64,000 nucleotides of DNA from Candidatus Bathyarchaeota archaeon (GTDB taxonomy: Archaea; Thermoproteota; Bathyarchaeia; Bathyarchaeales; Bathycorpusculaceae): contig CAWABA010000006.1 of the NCBI GenBank assembly GCA_963780185.1, forward strand, positions 32,001 to 96,000, given 5' to 3'. The notes beneath the pieces were generated by a model. It made no database searches, had not been told where the DNA came from, and worked only from the letters and a program-made list of their open reading frames with translations. Position numbers and translations under genes: made by a program. Below, piece by piece: positions 1-10,816 of the stretch (positions are counted from its first letter, which is position 1; each line of letters begins with the position of its first letter).

Positions 1-902
1 ATTATGAGGTAGAACGCCGCCAGTCCCTTCCACCGTCCCCACCTCTTTGCGATTTCCCGCGCCTCATCCGCCTTAATGGATTTTCCGCCACAATAGTAAG
101 TTGAAATAACCCGCCGAATCCCAAGGTCATCCGCAGGCAACATGTCGAGCCGCTGCATCCCCCGAAGCATCGTCAACTCCGCCGTCCAAACCCCAATACC
201 CCGAACAGCATCAAGCTCCCTGATTATTTCCTCGGCATCTTCCCGATTTTTTAAGCACTCAAGATCCAACTTTCCAGCCACAATCAACTCAGCCGATCCA
301 TGGATATACTCGGCTTTGCGCCTGCTTAACCCAACCTGCTGAACCTCATCAACGCTGGCGGCAGCGATTTTCTGCGGCGTCGGGAACACAAAACGGTTTT
401 TGCCGTCGATTATGAGGTAGTCGCCAAATTTCTTTATCAACTTGTCTTCCAACGCGATAGCTACCTTGATTGAGATTTGCTGCTCAATGACTGAGTCAAC
501 AAGCGACTCGAAAACGGTGGCGGTGGTCGGATTCTTCAACCCGTAGAGCTGCTGGGCAATCGAATGCATGACGGGGTCGCCTTTAATTTCGCTGTAGAAG
601 GAGCCCAAGTCAAAATCTAAGTTGAAAATGTACTTGACAATGTCCTTGGCTTTCAGCTTGTCCTGCGCCGTCAAGGGCTCATTTGCCTTCAACTTAACCG
701 TCAATCTGGGCTGCTCAACGTTGCCCGCTGAAGACACCTCAACCAAAACAAGCCAACCGTCCAAGCGAACCGCTTGACTAAAAACCTCGTCTTGGTAGAT
801 TCGGATTTGGGGGTCGCCGTTTCGGAAAATTTGAGCAGTCAAATCAAAATTGAAAGGTGCCTTTGCCTCGAGGTTGAAGCTTCTGTGAAGGTCATTTTGC
901 AA
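1..902 (-). CDS. alkA: DNA-3-methyladenine glycosylase II (AlkA, HhH-GPD family), 3' end runs off the window
   Basis: Not in the ORF track; translated by hand. Gives FESLVDSVIEQQISIKVA, FPTPQKIA, GLSRRKAEYI and the HhH/catalytic-Asp segment VRGIGVWTAELTMLRGMQRLDMLPADDLGIRR, then WGRWKGLAAFYL. The start may be 902, 905 or 908. Confidence 0.9.
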   Translation of the reverse strand, partial: MQNDLHRSFNLEAKAPFNFDLTAQIFRNGDPQIRIYQDEVFSQAVRLDGWLVLVEVSSAGNVEQPRLTVKLKANEPLTAQDKLKAKDIVKYIFNLDFDLGSFYSEIKGDPVMHSIAQQLYGLKNPTTATVFESLVDSVIEQQISIKVAIALEDKLIKKFGDYLIIDGKNRFVFPTPQKIAAASVDEVQQVGLSRRKAEYIHGSAELIVAGKLDLECLKNREDAEEIIRELDAVRGIGVWTAELTMLRGMQRLDMLPADDLGIRRVISTYYCGGKSIKADEAREIAKRWGRWKGLAAFYLI

Positions 903-985
903 CAACACAAACCCAAGCTCTAACAGTTGCTTTTGCTATATTAAAGATTTTTAACCTTAAACCGCCATTGTAAGCAACCGAAGGA

Positions 986-1669
986 ATGATGGCTATGCGT
1001 TTGGTTGTGCGTTTAGGCGGTTCAGTTGTTGCTTCGCCAATTAACGTCGAATTGATGGGCAAATATGCTGACTTGATAAAGGCGGTGAAGGCGCAGGGTC
1101 ACGAGGTCGCTGTGGTTGTCGGCGGCGGCGCCTTGGCACGGGAATTCATCGGCATCGCCAAAGACCTTGGTTTGGACATGACGGGGCAGGATGAACTTGC
1201 CATTTCAGTGTCCCGGCTGTACGCTCAACTCTTCCTCAAACGGCTCGGCGAAGCGGGCTGTAGCAAAGTGGCAATAACGCTTGACGAAGCTGCGCAATGC
1301 CTCGGTGAAGGGAAGGTTGTTGTGATGGGCGGCCTAAAGCCTGGCATCACCACGGACGCCGTTGCCGCGTTGGTTGCTGAGCGTTTAAGCGCTGATTTGC
1401 TGTTGAAAGGCACCGACCAAGAAGGTGTCTACGACAAAGACCCGCGAAAGCACAAAGATGCAGTAAAGCTGGACCGTTTGGGTTTTGACGAGTTTTCAAA
1501 GATTTTTGAGGGAAGCGTTCATCAGGCGGGGATTCACCAAATCATCGATCCCGAAGCCATCAAAGTTCTCAAGCGTCACCGAGTCAAACTCATAGTTGTT
1601 AATGGGTTTAAGCCTGAAAACATTTTGGCTGCAGTCAACGGCGAGAAAGTTGGAACTGTGATTAATTAG
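986..1669 (+). CDS. pyrH: UMP kinase (archaeal type)
   Basis: Motifs RLGGSV, VVVGGGALAR, GGLKPGITTDAVAA, DQEGVYDKDPRK and IIDPEA. Confidence 0.93.
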   Translation: MMAMRLVVRLGGSVVASPINVELMGKYADLIKAVKAQGHEVAVVVGGGALAREFIGIAKDLGLDMTGQDELAISVSRLYAQLFLKRLGEAGCSKVAITLDEAAQCLGEGKVVVMGGLKPGITTDAVAALVAERLSADLLLKGTDQEGVYDKDPRKHKDAVKLDRLGFDEFSKIFEGSVHQAGIHQIIDPEAIKVLKRHRVKLIVVNGFKPENILAAVNGEKVGTVIN

Positions 1670-1715
1670 CTTTTTCACGGTTTCTCGAAGCTTTTTTGGG
1701 GATTTTTGCAACAGA

Positions 1716-1786
1716 TTTAAATATCACTGTTGATATCGCATGTGATATCGAATGTCGATATCGATAATGATATCGCAGGTGATATT
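1716..1786 (+). promoter_or_regulatory. TATA box followed by a phased array of GATATC boxes (putative PadR operator)
   Basis: TTTAAATA at 1716-1723. AATATC/GATATC/GATATT boxes at 1720, 1732, 1744, 1757, 1769 and 1781. SD AGGTGA precedes ATG 1788. Confidence 0.7.
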
Positions 1787-1787
1787 G

Positions 1788-2402
1788 ATGGATAAGGAAG
1801 AAAGAGAAGAAAAGAAACAAATCAGACACGGAATGCGCGAAGAAAAACACATGATGTTCCACAGGCGAAACTGGCTACGCCACAACGCCATGGTACCCAA
1901 AGGTTTCCTTCGCTACCACGTGCTAGAAGCACTAAACGAAAAGCCAATGTCAGGCTCAGAGCTTATGGAGCAAATCGGAAAAAACACAGACGGAACCTGG
2001 AAACCCAGCCCAGGCTCAATCTACCCCCTGCTCGCCTGGCTCCAAGACAACAGCTACGTAAAGGAGCTTCCGACTGAAAACGGGTTCAAACGGTACGAAT
2101 TAACCCAAACAGGCAAAGAATTTTTTGCAGAACAGACAAAAATCAGGGAACAATTCACCCAAAACTCTGGTTTTCTTGCAAGCCCCTTTTTCGATAGAAT
2201 CCTCGGAAATATGCCGGAGGAAAAATCAAATCAAGTCCGTGTTTCAATGAAGCGGCTATTCGTGTCGTCGATTAAGTTGGCTAAGGCTTTAAGGGAAAAC
2301 TATTCTGAGAAAGAGTTAGATGACGCTTTGAAAGCTCTTGACGAAGCATCTGGGAAACTTGACGAAATAAGAGGCAGAGTAAAAGGCGAGAAAAATGAGT
2401 GA
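1788..2402 (+). CDS. PadR-family transcriptional regulator
   Basis: KGFLRYHVLEALNEKPMSGSEL, WKPSPGSIYPLLAWL and YELTQTG. ATG 1788 is preferred because it follows the SD. Confidence 0.9.
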   Translation: MDKEEREEKKQIRHGMREEKHMMFHRRNWLRHNAMVPKGFLRYHVLEALNEKPMSGSELMEQIGKNTDGTWKPSPGSIYPLLAWLQDNSYVKELPTENGFKRYELTQTGKEFFAEQTKIREQFTQNSGFLASPFFDRILGNMPEEKSNQVRVSMKRLFVSSIKLAKALRENYSEKELDDALKALDEASGKLDEIRGRVKGEKNE

Positions 2403-3406
2403 GAATGAAGAAGCCATAACGGTTGAAGGCTTAACCAAAGTCTACAACCACAGCTTAACCGCCGTAGACCACATAAACTTCAGCGTTAAACACGGAGAAA
2501 TCTTTGGTTTTCTGGGACCCAACGGCGCAGGAAAAACCACAACCATCAGAATGCTCATAACAGTTACGAAGCCGACCGAGGGTAAAGCCACGATGCTGGG
2601 CGGCGACATCGCGAAGCAAAGCATGGATGTGCGGGGTGCAATCGGCGTTGTTCCCCAAGAGTACACAGCCGACGAAGACTTGACAGGCTACGAAAACATC
2701 CTTTTGTGCGCTGACCTTTACGGCATTCCACGGTCAGTTTCCAAGAAGCGGGCGATGGATCTTCTCGATCTGGTCGAGTTGACCACTTTCAAAGACAAAC
2801 GAGTTAAAACTTACTCAGGCGGTATGCGTCGAAGATTGGAGTTGGCATGCGGCTTAATCAACCGTCCAAAAGTGCTGTTCCTCGACGAGCCTACATTGGG
2901 TTTAGATGTGCAGACCCGAGCGGCAACATGGAACTACGTCAAAATGCTCAAAAAAGAGTTCGGCATGACCCTGTTTTTGACAACCCACTACCTTGAAGAA
3001 GCCGACGCGCTATGCGACCGCATCGCAATTATTGATCATGGAAAAATCGTTGTTATCGGAAGCCCAACGGAGCTCAAAGACAGCTTCGGCGGAGACATCA
3101 TAACATTATCCATTCAGAAAGACGAAGACATAACCGAGCTAATCAGCAAAATTGAGCATGTCAAAGAAGTCAAAAAGGAAAATGGCGGCTACATCATAAA
3201 ATCGGCAAACGGCGAATTAACCGCACCCTTAATCATTGAAGCTCTAAGAAAAAGCGGTCATGTTGTAACAAAGCTTTCACTTGACAAAACCAACCTTCAA
3301 CGAAGTCTACCTACAGTACACAGGCAAATCGATGCGTGACGCTGAGGAGTCACGGGAAAACGTTATGCAGCAGCGAGTGGCTATGCGGAGGGCTAGAACG
3401 CAATGA
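2395..3406 (+). CDS. ABC exporter ATP-binding subunit (DrrA-like), frameshift near 3' end
   Basis: GPNGAGKT, YSGGMRRR and LFLDEPT. After ~3285 another frame continues KPTFNEVYLQYTGKSMRDAEE to TGA 3406. Confidence 0.9.
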
Positions 3407-4244
3407 GCAACCAAGAAACAAAGTCTCAAAAAGCCGATTCCATGGTCTATGGGCTTTAACTAATCGTGAACTCAAGAAATGGTATCAGCAGCCTTTCGTT
3501 CTCGCAATGGGTATAATTCAGCCGATTCTTTGGCTGGCGTTTGTTGGGCAAAGCAATGAACATAGGCAACATTGTGTCGGGGATTCCGGGGGTTGACCCG
3601 AAAGTTGTAATGATGCATACGTTTGGGACATCTAATTACTTCTCGTTCATGGCTATGAGCATGGTCGCGTTCACCGTGGTCTTTACTACCGCATTCACAG
3701 GCATGTCAGTGGTTTGGGACAAACGCTTAGGCTTCATGAACAAAGTCTTAAGCACGCCCGTGTCGCGTTCATCCATAATACTGTCAAAAGTGCTTTCAGC
3801 CAGCGTTAGAGCAATATTCCAAGCGGGAATCGTAGCCGCAGTGGCTTTCGCATTGGGGCTAACTACAGGAACTAACTTCGCCTGGTACAGCATATTCGGA
3901 GTCTTCGCCATAGTGTTCCTCGTCAGCGTCGGCTTATCATCGCTGTTCACCGCCTTAACCCTTAGAACCACACGAATGGAGATGCCTCAAGCAATCTTCC
4001 AGCTGATAACCCTGCCGTTGATGTTTGCTAGCAGCGCATACTTCCCAATCAACCAGATGCCCGCTGGCTACAAATAATCGCAAGTTGGAACCCAATTTCC
4101 TACACGATTGATGCAGTAAGACGGCTCATGGTGTTCAGCGACGGATTCGGACCCTTGACACTTGACTTTGCCTTCGTCGGAGCCTTCGCAGTCATCGTGA
4201 CCATCATATGCGTGGTTCTTTCATGGCGGTACCTGAACAAATAA
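3403..4244 (+). CDS. ABC-2 type permease (DrrB-like), two frameshifts
   Basis: RELKKW...QPILWL, GMSVVWDKRLGFMNKVLSTPVSR, PLMFASSAYFP and NPISYTIDAVR, spread over ORF pieces 3336-3596, 3541-4077 and a tail to 4244. Confidence 0.85.
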
Positions 4245-4273
4245 ATACCCGCATGGTTTAAGCACGGAAATGC

Positions 4274-4964
4274 ATGTTGAGGAAAAAGACTATGACAACA
4301 CTCGTTGAAGCAATAGACCTAAAGAAAACGTACATGCTTGGAAAAGTCCCCGTTGAAGCAGTCCGCGGCGTAAACATGAAAGTCGAAGCAGGCGACTTCG
4401 TCTCCATCCTTGGTCCCTCAGGCAGCGGCAAATCAACCATGCTGAACCTGATCGGCGCCTTAGACAAACCCACCTCGGGGCAACTGCTGATCGACGGCGT
4501 CGACATCTCTACACTCAACGACAACCAACTCACCGACCTGCGCAAGGCGCATCGGGTTTGTTTTCCAATTCTTCAATTTGATTCCCAGATTAACCGCATT
4601 AGGCAATGTTGAATTGGCGATGTCTATTGCGGATGTGGGTAAGTCTGAGCGAAGACAAAGAGCGGCGGAGCTGCTTGAAACAGTCGGGTTGAAAGATAGG
4701 ATAAACCATAAACCCGCGGAATTAAGCGGTGGACAACAGCAGCGTGTTGCGATTGCCAGAGCGTTGGCGAACAACCCGAAGTTTCTGCTGTTGGATGAGC
4801 CGACTGGGAACATTGATTCTAAAACGGCTGCTGAAGTTGTGGGGTTGCTTAAGAAACTCAATGTTGAAAATCACGTGAGCATCATCATGGTTACTCATGA
4901 CCAGCATCTGGCGAGGGAGGCAAACAGGACTTTGGAGATGTTTGATGGAGCAATTTGTGTCTGA
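4274..4964 (+). CDS. ABC ATP-binding protein (LolD/MacB type), frameshifted
   Basis: GPSGSGKST in the first piece; [23 protein letters not shown] and VTHD in the second. Confidence 0.9.
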
Positions 4965-4979
4965 AGTGGTGAATCAACA

Positions 4980-6317
4980 ATGAAAACATACGACATTTTA
5001 GGTTACTCATTTAGCGCAATAAAACTCCGCAAACTCCGCGCCGCATTAACCACGTTGGGCGTAATCATAGGCATCGCAGCCATCGTTGCTTTGCTCTCAA
5101 TCACCCAAGGCTTGCAAGTAAGCATAACTAACGACCTTAACCGAGGCTTATCAGCAAACACATTGATTGTGGTGCCGGGCAGCAACGCTTTAGGCGCTGT
5201 CGGCGGTGGCGGCGGTGGCGGCGGTTTGGCGGAGGAAGGGCAGCAAGACCAAGGCCGGCAGAATAAACTTCGGCGGTTCAGGGGCTAGCGGTTCAGGTTT
5301 CGCCTTTACGATAATTATACTAGTCAGATTGACGCTTTGTCGCCGTTGATTAATTCTTCGATGGCTGTTGTTGAGCGAGCTGGCTATGTTGACGCTGACG
5401 GCTTGAACAATTCAGCGACATTTTACGGGGTAGATTTCAGCCAGTACGCCCAGCAGTACCCCACCACGTTTGTTGCAGCTTCAGGAACCATCCCCGCTAA
5501 CCCAACCAACAACGACGTAGTTGTGGGCACACGGGTAGTTGACCCCCAAGAAAACGGCACAATTCTCTTCAGCGCAGGCGACAGCGTCGGCATCACATGG
5601 ACAAACGCGACAACACTGCAAATAGTAAACGAAACCTACACTGCGCAGGTTTCAGGCGTGCTTCAGAAGGTCGGCGGCTTCGGTTTCGGCGGACCCTCAG
5701 ACAACGGCGTCTATATGCCTCTTAGCCAGGCGCAGAGCTTTTTTGGGACAAACCAATGTGACTACATAATCGTTCAGCTTAAAGACAGCAGCAACGCGAC
5801 AATCTCAACTGTGTCTAAACTCATAACTGACCACTTCGACGGACAAGTCACCGTCATATCCTCAACCGCCGTACTCAGCCTACTTTCAACCATCTTCGGC
5901 ACCATCCAACTGTTCCTCGGCGGAATAGCCGCCATCTCACTGCTCGTCGCAGGCATAGGCATAATGAACATAATGATTGTCTCGCTCATCGAACGCACCC
6001 GCGAAATCGGCATACTAAAAGCGTTGGGCATGAAAAGCAGAACCGTGCTGTCCATTTTCCTTGGCGAATCAGCAATCATCGGCTTAATCGGCGCGTTGCT
6101 TGGCATACTTTCAGGCTGGATATTAGCAAACATCACCGCGCGGCTGCTCGGTTCAGGGGCATTCGGAGGAACAGGCTTCAAAGTAACCCCGTTGCTGACT
6201 CCCGAAGTGTTCGTTGGCTCTTTAGCGTTCGGCATAGGCATCAGCGTAATATTCGCCCTGTACCCAGCGTGGCGTGCATCTAAACTTAAGCCCGTTGAAG
6301 CTTTAAGGTACGAGTGA
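4980..6317 (+). CDS. MacB/FtsX-family ABC permease, frameshifted in a Gly-rich GGC run
   Basis: RKLRAALTTLGVIIGIAAIV, GIGIMNIMIVSLIERTREIGILKALG and YPAWRASKLKPVEALRYE. Confidence 0.9.
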
Positions 6318-6347
6318 TTATAGCAACTAGCAGAGGCGTTTTGACCT

Positions 6348-6795
6348 GTGAAGCGGTTGTACCCTGACCAGCCAGTCGTAGGCGTCGGCGCAGTCATAAT
6401 CAGAAGACGGCAAAATCGCGCTGATAAAACGGGGAAACGAGCCAGCCAGGGGCAAATGGACGATTCCAGGCGGCTTAGTTGAGCTTGCCGAAAGCCCCGA
6501 GCAGGCGGTTATCCGCGAGACGAAGGAGGAAGACGGGTCTTGACGTTGAAAACCCAGTTCTGATTGACGTGGTCAGCAACGTAGACTATGACGAAGCGGG
6601 CAAAGTAAAGTACCATTACGTCATCATCGAATATCTTGTCCATGTGAAGTCAGGCGACGCCCAAGCTGCAAGCGACGCAGTGGAACTCCAATGGGTACCC
6701 TTCAATCGGTGGAAAATTACAACTTGACTGCTTCTTTTCGGGTTTTCTTTAGAAAAAACAGGGAAAAACTGGAAAAAGCCAGCTCCTATGGTTGA
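6348..6795 (+). CDS. Nudix hydrolase (ADP-ribose pyrophosphatase-like), frameshifted
   Basis: Hand translation gives RLYPDQPVVGVGAVI, KRGNEPARGKWTIPGGLVELAESPEQAVIRETKEE(T)GL (Nudix box), YHYVIIEY and AASDA. Confidence 0.85.
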
Positions 6796-7574
6796 CTGCT
6801 TAGGTGCCGCCTGCGGTTTGCAGGTACTGGGCTATGTAGTATGCGATATCTTGCACTGAGTAATTTTTGCTCTCCAGAGTTATTGTAGCTGTCGGGAAGG
6901 TACGTGTTTGATTGGTGGTTGGGGTTTGTGAACAGAGCCAGCTCCAAATTCAGGTGGGTTTCGGTTCCTGCTTGGTTAGGCCCGAAGGAGGCGCCTGAGC
7001 CGATGTTGACAAAGCCTTGGTTGGGGACGAACTTCGCCATGGGCTGCAACCCGAAATCGAAGTAGAAAGCTGTTGGGAAAACGTCGGTGCCGCCGGATAT
7101 CAACTGGTTTAACGTTGAAGATTGGCTACCATAGGCTTCAATGAAAAAAGTGTAAGTGCTGGGAGTTGTTGTGACGCCCAGAACGTTGAAGCTGCCCGTT
7201 TGCTCCACTGAAACCCAATTGGGGAGTTGACCAATGTTTAGCGGCACTAGCGGAAGGTTGCTGGAGCTCAGAGAGATGTTTTGACCCGGGGCGCTGACGA
7301 CTAAGTTGCCTCCTTGAGTGCTGATAACTATGTTTTCGCCGTTCACGTTTAAAGTCAGGGTTGAATTGGTCAAAGTGATGTTTTCCGATGCTTGGCTGTT
7401 TGTAAAATTAGTTTGCGCTTGTATGGTACTGTTGGAAATGTTAGTTACTACACGGCTATCGGAGTCATTAAAAACGTTGATTGTGATGATGCCTGTTTCT
7501 TCTGCTGCTACAAAACCCGTAACCGCCAAAACAACTACGAGAATAATGGTGATAATAACTAGGCGTCGGCGCAT
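6786..7574 (-). CDS. Membrane-anchored or secreted Asn/Thr/Ser-rich hypothetical protein
   Basis: N-terminal MRRR plus a hydrophobic helix; many N-x-S/T sequons. Confidence 0.65.
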   Translation of the reverse strand: MRRRLVIITIILVVVLAVTGFVAAEETGIITINVFNDSDSRVVTNISNSTIQAQTNFTNSQASENITLTNSTLTLNVNGENIVISTQGGNLVVSAPGQNISLSSSNLPLVPLNIGQLPNWVSVEQTGSFNVLGVTTTPSTYTFFIEAYGSQSSTLNQLISGGTDVFPTAFYFDFGLQPMAKFVPNQGFVNIGSGASFGPNQAGTETHLNLELALFTNPNHQSNTYLPDSYNNSGEQKLLSARYRILHSPVPANRRRHLSSQP

Positions 7575-7657
7575 TTCTCTTATTCCTCAAACGAAGTTGG
7601 CTTTAAACTGCTTAAAAACTTGGTGATATTTAGGCAATTTTGGGGTCGAAGAAGAAT

Positions 7658-9116
7658 TTAGGAGGCACCAAAGAACAGCCGTGTTTCTCCCATTGTCTTG
7701 ATGTCCAAGGCTCGTACGCGGGCTACTATTGGGAAGTCACTTACAACTCTGCCCAGTGTAAGGCAATGATGAGGCGGCAAGTCATGCGCTATATTGACCG
7801 CACTGTTTCCGCGTCTACTCGTGCGGCTCGGCTGACGACGTCGAGGTCGTGTTCGTTGGTGAAGTTGAAGAGGAAGATGTTGTCGGCTTGGCGGTAAATC
7901 GTTTCTTGGATGGTGTCGGGTTGGTTGGTGATGAAGGTGGTGAATATGCCGAAGTGGCGCATGCGGGTCACGATGTCGTCCCAGTAGGTTTCGCGCAGAT
8001 AAAGGTGGGCTTCCTCGGCGAAGAGGAAAACGGCTTTGAGCTTCCAGTTCGACAGGGAATCCACCAGCTTGCCCAAGGCGTATTCGACGACGATTTGGCG
8101 GTCAATGTTTGAAGTGTTTTTGAGGTTGATGACGATGGCGCCGCCTTGGTCCTTGGATTGCAAAAGGCTCTCATCCAGCAACGTTGCTTCGCCAGGGAGT
8201 CGGTGAAGAAACCCGAGTTGGCAAGGGAATGGAAACGGGAAGCTAAAGCGTCGCGTACATGCTGGTTGCAGTTCAAATTTCGAATTTCCTCGCCGAGTTC
8301 CTGCATGTTTAGTTTGCCTTTTTCCTTGAGCATTTTCCAGATTCGGCGGAATTCGCGGGCTGAAGTTCCCGGCAGATGCAGCGCATTCACGAGTATGCCC
8401 ATGACGGTGTTTAGGTGGAGTTGTTCGAGGGCGACTTTGAAGTTTTGCCCAGGCGTTAGGGTGTGGATTTTGTCGTAGTACATGTTTCTTTTGCCGTCGT
8501 TGCTCATGCCGAGGCTGGTGTATTCGCCGTTGAGGTCGAAGATGACGACGGTGGCTTTGTACCCGACCAAATTAACCATCAAGAGCTTGGAGAGGTGGCT
8601 TTTTCCGCAGCCCTTCTTGCCCGTGATAATGTTCAGTGTCCCGTCTATAGCTGACGCGTCAATGGTCAGAAGCGAGGAGTCTTTGGTGCCGCCTAAAATT
8701 ATTGGAAGTTTTCCGTCGACTTTCGCCAGCTTCATCAGCATGGGAATGGAGAGTTTCTTGATGGTGGACTGTGAACGGCTTGGCAACCAACTGCTGCTCG
8801 GACTCAAAGTGTCGTTCTCCAAGGTTGCCCTTATTTTGCAGATTAGTAGGCTGGCGTCTTGGATGTAGGTGATGTGGGGGGCGATTTCCATCGGGTCAAT
8901 GTCTTCGCCCTGCAGGGGTTCGCCTCCGTCGGGCAAGGTACGCAAAAGCTCCTCAAGCACGCCTGGGACAGCGGCGAATTGCACGTCGATGACTTGGGCG
9001 ATTAAAGCTTTGGATGCGTCTTGGTCCTCAACGAGCAGGTAGTCGCCTTTCTCGGCGCTTTCCGTGGGGAAACTGATGATTTGAAGGACGTTGCCTTCTT
9101 TTTTGTAGAGTTTCAT
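7658..9116 (-). CDS. herA: HerA/DUF87-family ATPase, two frameshifts
   Basis: Walker A GKKGCGKS, IFDLNGEY, Walker B FLFAEEAH, RMRHFG and ITNQP. The C-terminus continues in a third frame to TAA at 7658. Confidence 0.8.
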
Positions 9117-10189
9117 GAGTAGATTTCCCCTGAGCCGAAAGGCCCGAAAAGCAGCCGATGCATGTCTGGGCGGTTCACCATTTGGATGCCGTGTTTGCGG
9201 GTGATGAAGTGTTTGATGGCTAAGACTTCGTTAGCGGTGAAGGTGCACAGGATATGGGAGAGCCGCAGGGTTTCAGGGTAGCTTTGTTTGTAGAGGTCGT
9301 TGCCAAGCACTTTCTCAACCGCCCCAACCCTCTGCTCGTCAGCCGTTTCCTTGTCGATGTCTAAGCGGAAAGCAAAATTCGCCTTGTTCAGCCGCGCCAC
9401 ATAAACCTCGCCCAGCAGCATCATCGGCGGCTTAGAATGCAAACCCGTGGTTTCCAGCAGGTACGGCGGCTCATGGTTGGGAAGCTGCTCAGTTATCAAG
9501 ATGCCGTTTGCCCTAAGCGTTGTGGCTTTGGAGAAGGCAAGTACGGTGCTGTTGTTTCTTCTTGCGTAACTGAGGATTTCCCGCAGCCGCTGGGTGGGCG
9601 TGTCGATGGTTCCCGATGTGAGTGAGCCGTCAAAGAGGATTACGCCGTCTTTCACGGTTTTAGCCAGCATCGTCTGCATCCAACGCTCCAGCAGGCTGGC
9701 AAGCCGCATGGGCATCTGGATGATGTTTGGCGCCGAATTGTGCATGCTGCTGTAAGTGGAGCTGAAGTAGGCGTGCTCCAGCGTGTTGAAGACCGCGTTT
9801 TTGTTGTCTTCAGTTATGTGGAAAATGAAGGGGCCCAGCCGCGTGTACTTGTAGCTGTGGTTTTGGCGCCACGTGATTGCTCCCCGCACCGCGACCACGA
9901 TGCCTGTGGAGGTTTCGCCGATTTTGATGGTTGAAGTGTCGACGGCGGCTATGAGAGTTTCCTGGCGGTCTGGCTTCATCTGGATTGGCTCGGCTTTTAG
10001 CTGTATGCTGGAGGGGTATGGGTCGGCTGCGTTTAGTTGCGGGAAGGTGGGGTGGTTCAGCTGGGGGTTTTGGTGCTGGACTTGTCTGAGCGAGTAGAGG
10101 CTTTGCTCTAAAAAGCGCTGTGGGAGGGCTGTGTCGATGTTGGGTTGTGGAAAGTTATATTTGTTAGTAATTGTATATTGTTCAATCAC
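9113..10189 (-). CDS. nurA: NurA-family nuclease
   Basis: AAVDTS, LFDGSL, AFSK, FRLD and YPETLRLSHILC; overlaps the herA start (ATGA). Confidence 0.8.
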   Translation of the reverse strand: MIEQYTITNKYNFPQPNIDTALPQRFLEQSLYSLRQVQHQNPQLNHPTFPQLNAADPYPSSIQLKAEPIQMKPDRQETLIAAVDTSTIKIGETSTGIVVAVRGAITWRQNHSYKYTRLGPFIFHITEDNKNAVFNTLEHAYFSSTYSSMHNSAPNIIQMPMRLASLLERWMQTMLAKTVKDGVILFDGSLTSGTIDTPTQRLREILSYARRNNSTVLAFSKATTLRANGILITEQLPNHEPPYLLETTGLHSKPPMMLLGEVYVARLNKANFAFRLDIDKETADEQRVGAVEKVLGNDLYKQSYPETLRLSHILCTFTANEVLAIKHFITRKHGIQMVNRPDMHRLLFGPFGSGEIYS

Positions 10190-10194
10190 GATGA

Positions 10195-10276
10195 TTCACC
10201 AATATGCAATAGTGTTATTGGTGAAATATTTAAGTATTGTGCATGTGCATCTTGCACAATTCAATATGCAATAGTG
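10195..10276. promoter_or_regulatory. Divergent promoter region with direct and inverted repeats
   Basis: CAATATGCAATAGTG at 10200-10214 and 10262-10276. Inverted repeats TTCACCAATA/TATTGGTGAA (10195-10225) and ATTGTGCA/TGCACAAT (10236-10260). Confidence 0.6.
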
Positions 10277-10693
10277 ACGGACTTGACAGAAAAACAGCAA
10301 AACCCACCAATACGCGTAAAAATGAAAGTCGGCGACATAGAATTCGAAATCGAAGCCCAACCCGACCAAATCCAAACCGCCGTAGACAGAATCCTAGCAA
10401 CCGTCACCGAACGCCTAAAAAACACCAACCTCGCCCAAGTCGCCGAACGCCCAGCCCCCCCACCCAGAGCCGAAACATGCAAAGGCGTCATCCAAAAACT
10501 CTGGGAAGAAAACTGGTTCACCCAGCCCCGAGGCCTAGACGACGTCCACACCGAACTCGCACGCAAAGGCTTCCACTACGACCGAACAGCCGTAGCCCAC
10601 GCACTAGTCGACCTCGTCAAAGACAACATACTCACACGCATCGGCAAGCCCCGACGGTACCAGTACGCACAAAAAAGACCGCCCGCTGCTTAA
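10274..10693 (+). CDS. Small conserved archaeal protein with C-terminal winged helix
   Basis: IRVKMKVGDIEFEIE N-domain, then LWEENWFTQPRGLDDVHTELARKGFHYDRTAVAHALVDLVKDNILTRIGKPRRYQY. Likely GTG start at 10274. Confidence 0.75.
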   Translation: MTDLTEKQQNPPIRVKMKVGDIEFEIEAQPDQIQTAVDRILATVTERLKNTNLAQVAERPAPPPRAETCKGVIQKLWEENWFTQPRGLDDVHTELARKGFHYDRTAVAHALVDLVKDNILTRIGKPRRYQYAQKRPPAA

Positions 10694-10816
10694 GCAAAAA
10701 AGCTCCAAGATTTCTTCCTGCTTAGCAACTCAAAAGAGTTAGCGCACATATCTATTTAATAAGTGACCTATTCATAAATGGAATACAAATAATTCTGTCT
10801 TTAACAGAAAAGCAGG

